A stretch of DNA of 64,000 nucleotides, from the NCBI GenBank assembly GCA_951406725.2, contig OX597830.1, forward strand, positions 19,096,001 to 19,160,000. Reading direction: 5' to 3'. Positions within the stretch are counted from its first letter, which is position 1, and every line of letters starts with the position of its first letter. Origin of the DNA: Octopus vulgaris (Eukaryota). Both the position numbers and the translations under genes were made by a program. Below are positions 40,278 to 52,597 of this stretch, piece by piece. A model generated the notes under the pieces. It was not told where the DNA came from. It was given only the letters and a program-made list of their open reading frames with translations, and did not search any database.

Positions 40278-41372
40278 CAGTAGTTTTATTTTTATAGCGT
40301 GCTTTCACTTCACTACCGAGCGCAGCTCTGTGTGCCTTGGGTATGTGCTGTGATTTGTTGTGATGCTCTGATGGTTATTGTATGGAAAGTGTTCTGCGTA
40401 GGATGTGTGCAGTGCCTAGTAGTGCAATTTTCTGTATGTTATATGTGTTTGTAAGTCCTGGTGTTTTTGTTATGTATTTGTCTGAATATTTTTTTATCAT
40501 GCCTAATGCGCCTACTATGATAGGAATTGTTTCTGTTTTCAGGTTCCACATTCTAGTTACCTCTATTTCCAGGTCTTTGTATTTTGAGAGTTTCTCCATT
40601 TCTTTTAGAGACACATTGTCATCTGCCGGTATTGATACATCAATTAGAAAGCATTTTTTTTCTTCATGATCTCTGACAACTATATCTGGTCTGTTGGCCT
40701 TAATTTCTCTATCTGTGTGTATCGGCATATCCCAGAGTATGGTTGCTTTCTCGTTTTCTGTGACCTTTTCTGGTGTGTGCCTATACCATCTTTTTTCTGT
40801 TGTTATTCCATAATGTTGGCATAGCTTCCAATGTATGTAGGTTCCAACTCTGTCATGTCTGTGAATATATTCCTTCTTAGCCAGGACTGGGCAGCTAGAG
40901 ATAATATGATTTATTGTTTCTTGTCCATCTCCACATATTCTGCAGTTACTTGTAATATTTCTTTTCATTACATGTTTTTGGTAATTTCTGGTGGGGAGGC
41001 TTTGGTCTTGTGCTGCAATTAAAAATCCCTCTGTTTCTGCTTTGAGTCCTGAGCTTCTCAACCATTGCTGGGATTTTTCTTTGTCTATTTATTTTGCGTT
41101 TAGTTTAGTGCAGTATTTACCATGAAGGGGCTTTACTTGCCATCGTTTTATCATGGTTCGTTGCTGTTCTATTTTTAGTTTGGATTTCATTTGTTTTATA
41201 GCTTTTGTTGTTTCTTCTTCATCTTCTTCTTCTTCTTTGTGTTTATTAGGTGGTATGATTTCTTGTTTGTATTTGTCAGCTTCCTTAAATACTGAGAATA
41301 GTTTTTTGTTTTGCTCGTGTTTTGCTGCTATCTGGATCAGTTTTCCTTCCTTCTGAAGTAGGTATTTTTGCA

Positions 41373-41373
<1 letters not shown>
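40278..41373 (-). mobile_element. 5'-truncated R4/Dong-clade non-LTR retrotransposon
   Basis: ORF 40375-41061 has AAQDQSLPT, CCHC knuckle CRICGDGQETINHIISSC, RHD, and restriction-like endonuclease RPDIV..IDVSIP..EKLSKYKDL. Flanked by (TAA)n on both sides. Confidence 0.88.
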
Positions 41374-41450
<77 letters not shown>

Positions 41451-41861
41451 GTTGTTGTTGTTAAAATATTAATTTATATATAATTTCTTGATTATTTTTA
41501 ATTATGATATGTATATCTATTTATATATTTATTATGTTTATTATTCTTTTTATTATTTTTATAATGTGATTTAACATATTGCATATAATTTAATTTGAGA
41601 AATAGTCTTGTAAGACAATGTATTATTTAATAGTAAGGTGATCTATTTATTACATAGTATTACATTTAAGTAAATAAGTTTAATATTAAATGATATTTTG
41701 GTCAACTATATAATTGAGTAACATATTAAATCTATAAATACTACATATATATTAATAATATAGTTAGTTTATATAATAGGTGTGTATATATTTGAACCAT
41801 CCTCTATTTTTAATTCTAATATTTATAGCTTGTACTAACATTATACTCTTTTACTCTTTAC

Positions 41862-42240
41862 TCTTTTACTTGTTTCAGTCATTTGACTGCGGCCATGCTG
41901 GAGCACCGCCTTTAGTCGAGCAAATCGACTCCGGGACTTATTCTTTGTAAGCCCAGTACTTATTCTATCGGTCTCTTTTGCCGAACCGCTAAGTGTCGGG
42001 GACGTAAACAAACCAGCATCGGTTGTCAAGCAATGCTAGGGAGATATACACACACATACATATATATATATACATATATACGACAGGCTTCTTTCAGTTT
42101 CCGTCTACCAAATCCACTCACAAGGCATTGGTCGACGCGGGGCTATAGCAGAAGACACTTGCCCAAGATGCCACGCAGTGGGACTGAACCCGGAACCATG
42201 TGGTTGGTTAGCAAGCTACTTACCACACAGCCACTCCTGC
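41862..42240 (-). mobile_element. SINE family B
   Basis: Full family B body. Confidence 0.85.
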
Positions 42241-42659
42241 GCTTATTACTTAACATGAATTTTTTTTTGTATACATTACTTAATTAGAATAAGATTTAAT
42301 TTAGATGTTTATTAAATAAATAAATAAATTAATAAATAATTTAATTTAATGAATATAGATTAAATTATAGTATTTTAGTTTTCACTTAATGCATATTTTG
42401 AACTTTATATATATATTTATTTGTTTTAAATAATTTAATTAATTGTATATTATTTTCAAGTAATGATATATTATAGTTTATTATTCTTTTGTTATATATG
42501 TTAAAATTATATTTTTATAGATATAATAAATATTTATACCTCTTTAGTCTATTTTTTTATTTACACAAGAATATATTTGTTAAGATATTTCGTATTTTAC
42601 AAGATTATATACGTATATTTATTATTTTATTTAATTAATTATTATATTGTTTTTATCTT

Positions 42660-42738
42660 TAACCCGAAGAGTGGCTATATATTGAATTGATTTTAGTGTT
42701 ATCATTTCTTAAATATAGCCACGAAACACGTGTAGTTA
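42660..42738 (+). ncRNA. Type I hammerhead motif with U4C core variant
   Basis: UAAC-CCGAAGA-GUGGCUAUAU...AUAUAGCCAC-GAAA-CACGUG-UA-GUUA. Perfect 10-bp stem II and palindromic stem III. Confidence 0.7.
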
Positions 42739-42894
42739 TTTTACCAAATATATATGTTTTATTTATTATTTTGCACATTACTTAATCTTTGGTATATGTT
42801 TTATCTTATATTTAATTTTTCTATAAAATGTAATTTTTTCTAAATGGTATAATTTAATTTTTTCAATGTTGAATTGATAAAAGTTGTTTTTCTA

Positions 42895-42952
<58 letters not shown>

Positions 42953-43034
42953 TTGTGAAATTTGATTTAGTATTTCTAAATTGAAATTTTCCCTGTAAGT
43001 TTGGAATAATATTCCCTCATATTATTATTATATA

Positions 43035-43281
43035 TTCTTTTGCTTGTTTCAGTCATTTGATTGCAGCCATACTGGAGCACTGCCATTTGTCAAACAAATT
43101 GACCCCAAGACTTATTCTTTGTAAGCCTAGTATGTATTCTGTTGGTCTCCTTTGCCAAACTACTATGAGGAAATAAACACACCAACATCGGTGTCAAGCG
43201 ATTGTGGAGGGACAAACACAGACACAGATACAGACATGCATACATATGTATATATATATATATACACACATACACACACAC

Positions 43282-43348
<67 letters not shown>

Positions 43349-43500
43349 TATACACACACATTCAACGGGCTTCTTTCAGTTTCTATCTATGAAATCCATT
43401 TACAAAGCTTTGGTTGGTCCAAGGCTAGAGTAGAAAACACTTGCCCAAGCAGTGGGACCGAACCCAGAAGCAAGCAAATTTCTCACCACACAGTCACTCA
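43035..43500 (-). mobile_element. SINE family B, degenerate
   Basis: Family B body with expanded internal microsatellite. Confidence 0.75.
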
Positions 43501-43991
43501 TGTATAAGTGTATATGTAATTTTATTTGTATCGTTTTTACGTCCTGTTTTTGTTACATTTTCTTTCTTTCTATGTTTTTACCCCTCTGCGAAGTAATTTT
43601 ATTTAATTTCTTCGCAGGAAGGGCTAGTCCGACGAGTCGTGTTCTGTCCTACCTTCGAAACATGCTGGAGTTGAACTAGGGACAGCTGATGAAGGGGATT
43701 TTTCCTTGTGTAGTTTGTCTTGTACTCTGTTTTTCATTGTAAAAAAATGGCCTGTTCCACGCTTGTTTTTCCGTTTTCGTTTCTCGTTGAGTTCTACGTC
43801 TACTTGTGGTGTCCTGTACTCACGTATTTCTATTTATATATGCATGTATATATACATGTAGATGTAGGTACGTGCATATATGTATGTATGTATGCATTTA
43901 TTTTTTTGATTACACTATTGTATGACTGAGCGCCCTCGCGTCGATTCGATTCGATTCGTTTGTTTCGTTTCGTTCTTCTTCTCCAAGTACT

Positions 43992-44061
<70 letters not shown>

Positions 44062-44162
44062 CTCTTATGCATTTAAGCTATGTGACTGCAGTCTTGCAGA
44101 AGCATACATGCATACAATAAAAGATGAAAACAAAAACAGACAAAATGTTTGCTTATAATTAC

Positions 44163-44288
44163 CTTTTCCCATCATTACAAAACCACCAATGATGATGATG
44201 AGGAGGGCTGTGATTTTGGCTACTGTAAAAGCCACCTGAATGCTTGCTGCGAAATCAGTGCTATAACAGTTGATTGCTGTGATCAGAA
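44163..44288 (-). CDS. SLC7A9: SLC7A9-like exon 2 (126 bp; TM4-TM5)
   Basis: gtccAG|TTCTG ... AAAG|GTAATT. (I)LITAINCYSTDFAASIQVAFTVAKITALLIIIIGGFVMMGK. Confidence 0.95.
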
Positions 44289-44617
44289 CTGGACATAAAC
44301 AAAACAAAGAAAGCATTTTATTGATAGCAATGGAGATTGACAGCAATGGGACTAGTGGTAGTGATGGTGGCAGTGGTAGCTGAACTGGTGGAGGGGGAGA
44401 TGGGGGATATTAGTGGTGGTGATAGTGGTGGTGGTAATGGCAATATTAGTAGAGCGGGGAATGAAATTATAATAAAAATTGAATAATTGCTAAAAATGTC
44501 GAGATAAGTATATAAAAGAATTTTTTTGAAAAACTGAAAACAATTTGAAACTGATAAAAGATATGAAAAAAAATTTTAAGTAATTTCAACAATAAAACAA
44601 ATAAAAATGTTTTTAAT

Positions 44618-45000
44618 GTACTCTTTTACTTGTTTCAGTCATTTGACTGTGGCCATGCTGGAGTACCACCTTTCGTCAAGCAAATTAAACCCAGGACTTA
44701 TTCTTTGTAAGCCTAGTATGTATTCTGTTGGTCTCCTTTACCGAACCGCTAATTGGTAATGTTGGGTGGACAAACACAGACACACAAACATATACATACA
44801 CACACACATACATACTTATATATATATATATATACACAACGGGCTTCTTTCAGATTCCGTCTACCAAATCCACTCACAAGGCTTTGGTCAGCCTGAGGCT
44901 ATAGTAGAAGACACTTGCCCCAAGATGCCACGCAGTGGGACTGAACCTGGAACCATGTGATTCGTAAGCAAGCTACTTACCACACAGCCACTCCTACGCC
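44618..45000 (-). mobile_element. SINE family B
   Basis: Family B body. Confidence 0.8.
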
Positions 45001-45109
45001 ATTTAAAAATAATTAAGGATTACAGACTGCTTGTAAAGGGAGTGTTTGTTATATACAATTTAGGGGACATATGCAATATTTGAAGTATGTATGCATCTTT
45101 GCCATACAT

Positions 45110-45320
45110 TAAAGGAGTGCTAAAAGGTTCCTGGCTGAAAGGAAGTATAGGAGGATGGTTAATTATGATTTTATTCAACATATTTCTCTTTCAGATTTAC
45201 GCACTTACTGCAGTAAGTCTTTCTGTTTTTCTAAACTCTGTAAAAGAACTCAGAAGGTTGGGTCTACAATCAGGCCTTTTCAAATGCCCTTAAAGCCAGG
45301 AACTTTACAGCACCCTTTCG
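45110..45320. mobile_element. Mariner-type MITE
   Basis: Inverted ends ggagtgctaaaaggttcctggct / agccaggaactttacagcaccc. Confidence 0.65.
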
Positions 45321-45409
45321 TGTGTGTTTGTGTGTGTGTGTGTGTGTATGAGCTGAATTGAAATGAAACCGTTTCAGCTCATGAGCAGTGGCCATGCTGG
45401 GGCACCACC

Positions 45410-45456
<47 letters not shown>

Positions 45457-45687
45457 CAATGGACACAGTATATAGCTTGTATATACCATGTAAACAAAGC
45501 TTGAAGATAGCAAAAAGGCACCAGACATGTTATAATATGCTGTCTGAGTGGCTTTCATTGCATAAAACTATTAGTAACTCATAAAAATACATACTGTGTT
45601 TATTAAATAATACTCATCTTTCACCAGATGGAGCACTTTTTTTGTTGACCTCACCATCATGGAACCATATAATGCATATATATATAT

Positions 45688-46015
45688 ATGGCTCATTGGT
45701 CAGTGCGTCGAGCTTACGAGCATGAGGTTGTGAGCCCGAATCCCGGACCAAGCTGCGTGTTGTGTTCTTGAGCAAGACACTTTATTTCACGTTGCTCCAG
45801 TTAAATCAGCTGTAGAAATGAGTTGCAATGTCACAGGTGCCAAGCTGTATCGGCCTTTGCCTTTCCCTTGGATAACACTGGTGGTGTGGAGAGGGGAGGC
45901 CGGTATGCATGGGTGACTACTGGTCTTCCATAAACTACCTTGTCTGGACTTGTGCCTGGGAGGGTAACGTTCTAGGTGCAATCCCATGGTCTGTGTCATG
46001 GCCGAAGGGGGTCTC
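45688..46015 (+). mobile_element. tRNA-derived SINE family D
   Basis: tggctcattggtcag...cgaatcccggacc...ttcttgagcaagacactttatttcacgttgctccag. Another copy is at 56290-56625. Confidence 0.8.
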
Positions 46016-46499
46016 AATATATATATCAATATCTATAAATCTGAAATGCGAAAAGTTTGTGTGGTTTTGGCATTGTAACGGGTTAAAGGCTACTAGATCC
46101 CGTCGGATTGACTCCAAAATTTACAGGGACATGTAAAATGAGGTGAGTATGTGAGTGGGCTAGGTTAGAAATCCCTATCTTAAAAAGTGTGGTTACTAGG
46201 GCAAAAACGCACACTTTGACAAGTCTCCTCTCATTCTCTTATCTGCATGTCTTCCTCTGTCCCTCTCTGTTTCCTCCCTGTTTCCTCCCTTCCTTTCACT
46301 TTCTCTCTATAACGACGTTTGACAGATACTACTATCTTTCCCCGCAGCATTCGCCAGCGCTGTCACTCTTTCCCTCACCGCCCTCTCTCTCTCTCTCTCT
46401 GTACGTCTGTCTGCATTCATAGAGAGTTTTATTATCGCCACCACCACCACAACAATCATGAGAACAACTATTATGAATCAGATATTTATGGAGTTAATT

Positions 46500-46532
<33 letters not shown>

Positions 46533-46698
46533 CTGTATCTATATATAAATATGTATATATAATGTATATATATACAAAATGTATATACCGGTATATATAT
46601 ATATAATTTGTATACATTTGTATATATAATGCGTACACTCACACACACACGCATATATATATTTAATGCGTATATAGGTACATATATATATTTCATGC

Positions 46699-46747
<49 letters not shown>

Positions 46748-46769
46748 CTGTGTGCATTATGTTGTCGGT

Positions 46770-47619
46770 TGAGCTGAAAATATGTACACCTATGTTAAAA
46801 GTGCAGGCGAGTTTGCATGGTGAGTTTTAACCTACTGAACTCTGTCTCATCACGCCTTCTATGCCTGTGTCAATTTTCAGCTCGATCTGACCACTGGTGT
46901 GGCCGCCAAGCTCTGATGTAGCAAAACGTGCGCACAATTTTGACCCAAAGCCTTTTTTATATATATAGATAGCAGAGAAACCCGGAGTTGCTCGTGATTA
47001 AAATAGTTTATCATTGTTTTATTTTTTTTCCTCAAATGAAAGGCGTAACCTCTAGGACAAAATTCCTCATCTTTTAAAATGTGGCCCGATTACACCCGAA
47101 TGAAATCGGCTTATATGAACCAAATAAGTAAAACAATGAAAAACTATGCCATTTTTATCCCAAGTACGGTCGGGTATCTCTGTAGGTCTACTACATATTT
47201 GTGAAAAGGGCAGGCGTTGTCTCACAAGCAGTTATACAGGCAAACGTGTTAGTAAATATGGTAGGATTCAGTTGAAAATGTGCACACCTATATTAAAAAT
47301 CCTGGCTAGTTTGCATGACAACTTTGAGTTTGCTCAATTGAAAGGTGTGGCCTCTAGGGCAAAATTTCTAATCTTTAAAAGTGTGGCCCGCGTAGACCCG
47401 AATGAAATCGAGTTATAATGCCGAAACAAATAAAACAATGATAAACTATTTTAATCCCGAGTTTTAATCCCGGGTTTCTCTGCTATCTGTATATATAAAA
47501 AAGGCTTTGGGTCAAAATTGTGTGCACGTTTTGCTACGTCAGAGCTTGGCGGCCACACCAGTGGTTAGATCGAGCTGAAAATTGACACAGGCATAGAAGG
47601 CCTGATGAGGCAGAGAGTT
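46770..47619. mobile_element. Rearranged non-autonomous Helitron cluster
   Basis: Helitron-type 3' hairpin (agcagagaaacccggagttgctcg) abuts a 5' end (tctatatatataaaaaagg). Inverted arms 46838-46985 and 47470-47619. Internal direct repeat 47037-47160 and 47338-47460. Confidence 0.6.
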
Positions 47620-47667
47620 ACCTTCACTAGGTAACTAGAGGGTAACTCTAGATAAATCTCTCATATC

Positions 47668-47713
47668 ATTTCTGGTGAAGGGATATCCCTAATATCCCAG
47701 AAACAGCTGTAAG
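47668..47713 (+). ncRNA. Degenerate hammerhead motif
   Basis: CUGGUGA-A-GGGAUAU cccua AUAUCCC-A-GAAA-CAGCUG-UA-AG (A6G variant). Confidence 0.5.
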
Positions 47714-48337
47714 CCTACTTTTCTCTTTATAAATGCCCTATAAACTCCACACAGCCTTGGTTTTCTTGTCTCACTTTATTTAACATATACATGCTCACAC
47801 AAGACCTGCATTAGACTGCTCACTTGTATTATTTTCAAACCAAGAGTCTAATTACGGTCCTCCCATAGCCTTACCTGCCATCTTGGGTCTCCTGAATACC
47901 ATAGCTCTCATACACACAAACAATGTTTGAACTTGTACGTGTATTATGTATGTGTACATGTATTATCTTTGTATGTGAATGCGTGTATGAATATGGATGT
48001 GTGTGTGTGTATGCATTACTTAACATATGCTATGTGCACTTTCTGGTGGTTATAATTGTACATACAATGTATACATATCTATGTATGTATGTACAATTAT
48101 AACCAAGGAAAATGGAGTGAGCAAGTTCTTTTATTACATTAATTTACAATTGTTTCATCAAAACTGATCTCATGTGTATTACTATGTTATGCAATGATAT
48201 ATGCAGTTATTGATTCATGGGGTGTCATTGAGACAATCAAAATTCAAAGTTATGCATAAAAGTTAACTCCTGAATGAAATCATTACATACATTCAAGTGT
48301 TTGTGTGTGCATACATATATATATATGTGTGTATATG

Positions 48338-48449
<112 letters not shown>

Positions 48450-48459
48450 TAATAATAAA

Positions 48460-49710
48460 ATATTAGGGAAGAAATCCAAACTTACATGGAAAAATCAGAT
48501 TTAGGATTAAATCCAATTTTATAGTATAAACATATATATTATATTATATTAAATTAGAGATAAAACCACTATTAGGCAAATCAAACAGTGAAAAACATAA
48601 GCCAATACATAAAATTAATTTAATTTATATTATTTTAAATATATATCAAGAGTATTAAAAGTTTAATAAAAGATAAAGAGTAAAACACTACGATCATTTC
48701 ATGGCTGTACCAATTCGAATAACAATAATTTAAATTCAATTAATAATTCGAGTTATGGTTACAGTCAATCTTCAGGTTAATTGAAATATTAAAAAATAAT
48801 CAGAAATATTTAAACAATATTTTTAAGATATAAATAATATAATAATTTTACTTATAATAAACTCTATTATCAAACTAGAAACATAAAACTTAACAATTAT
48901 GATTATATCAAAATCGACTATAATGTTAAATATTAATTTTAATTTATAAGGTAGGAAACCCACCAATAATCTAATATCGGTAATAATCTATATCTAATTA
49001 CATAAATATTTAAAAATGACTATTATATATAAATTATCAATGAAAATATATAAATGTATATAAATATTATAATTAAGATCTAAAATAATCTCTATAAATA
49101 AATATATATGCACATATATAAAAACCTAATAAATTATTTTTTCATATTTAAAGATGAAATAGCTAATTTCAAAATACAAATAAACAAACTTAAACGAACT
49201 TTCGGAAATCTTATGTAAAATACTTATAGAAATAATCAATTCGTAGTAATATAGTATCGAATAAATACTATAAATACTATAAATATAATTATCAATGGGA
49301 ATAACTAGCGAATATCAATTTAAAAAGACAATAACTAAGTTATGCTATTAAATTAGACATGGCCTGGACCAATCTTTAGTCGAAACATATCTAAGTTTAT
49401 CAAAGTTTATCTAATTTAATTATAAGAAATATAAAACTACAATTAATACTATTAAATCATGTATATACAAAAGCCTAACTTTATGCACCTCGTATACTTG
49501 CTATCAATCAACAAATCTATCGCTAAGTAGTATCTTACGAATAAACTTAAATTTAATATCTAATAATATAGAAAATTACGATAATTAGATCATTACATAA
49601 ACAACGATATTTACATAAGGAAAATATTATTACACCAAAGACTTATAAAATATTAAAATTTACAATTTGAAGATCTTAAATATAAATAGATACTTATCTT
49701 AGCGAGGTTT
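48460..49710. mobile_element. AT-rich Penelope-like relic
   Basis: Terminal sequence is related to 39590-39770 and 42840-43020. Contains a hammerhead motif at 48684-48780. Confidence 0.5.
48684..48780 (-). ncRNA. Degenerate type I hammerhead motif with long stem II
   Basis: AC-CUGAAGA-UUGACUGUA-ACCA...UGG-UACAGCCAU-GAAA-UGAUCG-UA-GU. Confidence 0.55.
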
Positions 49711-49825
49711 AGTAATGAACTCACCACGAAGGACTGTGGGCACTTCAACACTTTCTCGACTTCCGCCCCAACCCCGAACCCGATACCTCCACACTCATAC
49801 ATATATATATATATATGTATGTATG

Positions 49826-49894
<69 letters not shown>

Positions 49895-49899
49895 GTATA

Positions 49900-52150
49900 T
49901 ATCACATCTACTACACCAACCATGCTCTCCGGCTTTTCAACTCTTTCTCCTTTCCTCCCGGCTCCTCCAAAATCCTTTTTACAATGGACACCCAGAGCCT
50001 CTATACCGTCATCCCTCACCACGAAGAGCTGCGGGCACTTCAACACTTTCTCGACCTCCGCCCCAACCCCGAACCCGACACCTCCGCACTCATTCGTCTG
50101 GCCGAAATTGTCCTTTCTCTTAACTGCTTCTCGTTCGCGGGCGAGTTCTACCAACAGTTCTCGGGCGTGGCCATGGGAACGCGAATGGATCCCAACTATG
50201 CGAACCTGTTCGTTGGCTATGTTGAGGCCCAAATATTCTCTAGTTTCACTGGTCCCACTCCCGAACTATACGGTCGTTACATTGACGACATTATCGGTGC
50301 CACCTCACTCTCCTGTGAACATCTAGATTCCTTCCTCTCTTTCGTTCAATCCTTCCATCCAGCCCTCCACTTCATCTCCACTATCTCCAACACCTCTGTC
50401 TCCTTCCTCGACATTTCGGTCAGCATTTATCACTCCACTCTTACAACCTCCATTCACAACAAACACACAGACTCACACTCATACCTAAACTTCTCTTCCT
50501 CCTACCTCAAACACACCAAGCTTTCCATCCCCTATTCCCAATTCCTCCGTCTACGTAGGCTCTGCAGTGACAACCATGACTTTGAGACTCAGTCTCAACG
50601 CATGGATCGCCACTTCATCCTACGTGGATACACCCTCACCACTATCCACACCGCCCTTGCCCGAGCACGTTCCGTAGACCGTGCATCTGCTCTCTCCCCC
50701 CCGAACCCGCCCTGCAGTCTCCCGCCTCCCTTTTCCCCTCACTTACCACCCAACCACCCTACCTCTCCAACGCACCATTCTTCGAGCTTTCCGGCATCTC
50801 CAGTTCGACCCGTCCACTTCACACCTCTTCCCTAACCGACCCCTCCCCTCCTTCAAACGAGCCCATAACCTACGAGACCTCTTGGTCCACAGCTTCTTCC
50901 CTGACCCTACCTCTCAACCTGGCTCGTTCCCCTGCTCCCGCCCACGTTGCCGCACTTGCCCTTACCCCTCCAAAACCACCCTCCTCACTGGCACCCATCA
51001 TCGACCTTAGGCATCATCAACTCCTTTACCTGTACCTCCAGCAATATCATCTATTGCATCTCTTGCTCTCTCTGCTATTCCCTGTACATCGGACAAACGG
51101 GACGCCGCTTGGCTGACCGGTTCGCGGAACACCTCCGAGACATCCGCCTTGCCAATGACACCCCGGTCTCACGCCATTTCCGCTCCACCGATCACTCCTT
51201 GCAACACCTGTCTGTGTTCGGATTGTCCTTGCACAGAGGCCATCCGGATTCCCACTTGCGCCGTGAACAGGGATTAATCTTCTCTCTACGCTCTTTTACG
51301 CCATTTGGTCTCAACCCTCCCCCCTTTTCATCTAACCTACCCCCGAATCCTACTTCTCTTCAGTCCTTCATCTTTTCACCCCTACTCTCTTCTCCCTCCT
51401 CCCTCCTCTTCCCTCTTCTTTCTTCTTTCTTCTTCCCTCTTCCCCTTCTCTCTTTCTCTCTGCTCCCTCACTTCCCTTCTCTCCTCCTCCCCTCCTCCGT
51501 CCCTCCCCTCCTCCTCCTCTCCCTCTCCCCTCCTTTCCCACCCCCTCCTTCTCCTCTTCTCTTTCTTTCTCCTCTCCCTCCTTCTCCTCCTCTCCCTCCC
51601 CTCCCCTATCCCCCTCTATCTTCCCCCCTCTCTATTCTCTCCCCTCTCACTCTCCCCACAAACCCCACTCTACCCAACCCCCAACCGAACCCACACCCCA
51701 CATGGGCTTTCTCCACTCTCGCCCCCACCTCCCCACAACATCACACCACACTACACTACACCATACGACATTACACATCACATCATACATACATACACAC
51801 GTCCAGACCACCAGCCCTCTTTCACACGCACATACATACTCTCTTATACACACACGCACCTTCATGTTGGGGTGAGGTCACTTGACCCTGTTATCTCCCC
51901 TACTATCCCTCTAGCGTCTAACGTCTGATCTCTGACTTCTGCCTGAAATCAGAACGCCATGTTGGATCGTTAGCTCCTACACGCATTTTTTCTCTTCTTG
52001 TGTTTCTTTTCTGTGTATCTTTCTGTCGAAGAGCATAGGCTCGAAACATAAAAGACTTTTTCTATTTCTATTCCTGAGCGCTATACTAATACATTTGTTT
52101 GTTTGTACTCCACCTGCCTTCGTCTTCTGCTTATTTTTGTAAACCTTCCC
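49900..52150 (+). mobile_element. 5'-truncated C-rich Penelope-like retroelement (RT + GIY-YIG, frameshifted) with terminal repeat
   Basis: FTMDTQSLYT, GVAMGT, RYIDDI, SFLD; GIY-YIG NIIYCISCSLCYSLYIGQTGRRLADRFAEH. Polypyrimidine tract 51340-51660. Hammerhead at 52018-52055. Confidence 0.9.
52018..52055 (+). ncRNA. Minimal hammerhead motif (A6U core variant) in PLE terminal repeat
   Basis: UCUUU-CUGUCGA-A-GAGC auag GCUC-GAAA-CA-UA-AAAGA. Stem I is UCUUU/AAAGA. Confidence 0.6.
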
Positions 52151-52151
52151 G

Positions 52152-52197
<46 letters not shown>

Positions 52198-52295
52198 ATA
52201 GAAATGGTAAGACAACAAAAGAATGGAAGAGACCTTGATATTATGTAAATAGAGGAATTTATTTGTAAATGTAATATGTGACAATTATTCAGCAG

Positions 52296-52363
52296 CCATG
52301 ATAAAACTCTGAGTTTCGGATGTTGGGGCGGATACCCATGCCGCCATCTCTTCAGTCATCTAG
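52296..52363 (-). ncRNA. Type I hammerhead ribozyme (left arm, sense to SLC7A9-like transcription direction)
   Basis: CUA-GAUGA-CUGAAGA-GAUG...CAUC-C-GAAA-CUCAGAG-UU-UUAUC-A-UGG. Confidence 0.7.
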
Positions 52364-52529
52364 TCATCGGAAAGAATGCTATGAAAATGACCGTTAAACA
52401 AAGGGATATTACTGTGTGATTGACCAATATTAAGATAAAAAAGCTATTAGAATGACGTCTTAATAACAGTCAATCACATAGTAATTTCCCTTTGTTTAAC
52501 GGTCATTTTCATAGCATTCTTTCCGATGA

Positions 52530-52597
52530 CCAGATAACTGAAGAGATGGCGGCATGGGTTTCTGCCCCGACATCCGAAACTCAGAGTTTTATCATGG
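52530..52597 (+). ncRNA. Type I hammerhead ribozyme (right arm)
   Basis: CCA-GAUAA-CUGAAGA-GAUG...CAUC-C-GAAA-CUC A GAG-UU^-UUAUC-A-UGG. Canonical core, stem I 5+3 bp, predicted cleavage after 52588. Confidence 0.75.

Larger units (their letters stand above)
39590..42900. mobile_element. AT-rich Penelope-like relic with about 180-bp inverted termini and nested insertions
   Basis: 39590-39770 is the reverse complement of 42725-42900. Hammerhead at 42660-42738. Nested SINE B twice and a Dong-like element. Confidence 0.6.

Noticed and set aside
41460-42660. Extremely AT-rich tracts (also 27350-27850 and 48780-49710) as possible NUMTs or foreign DNA
   Set aside because: No mitochondrial genes are recognisable. 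Shared termini and hammerheads point to decayed AT-rich PLEs.
51305-51928. Pro/Ser/Leu-rich ORFs
   Set aside because: They are translations of the polypyrimidine tract downstream of the PLE endonuclease.
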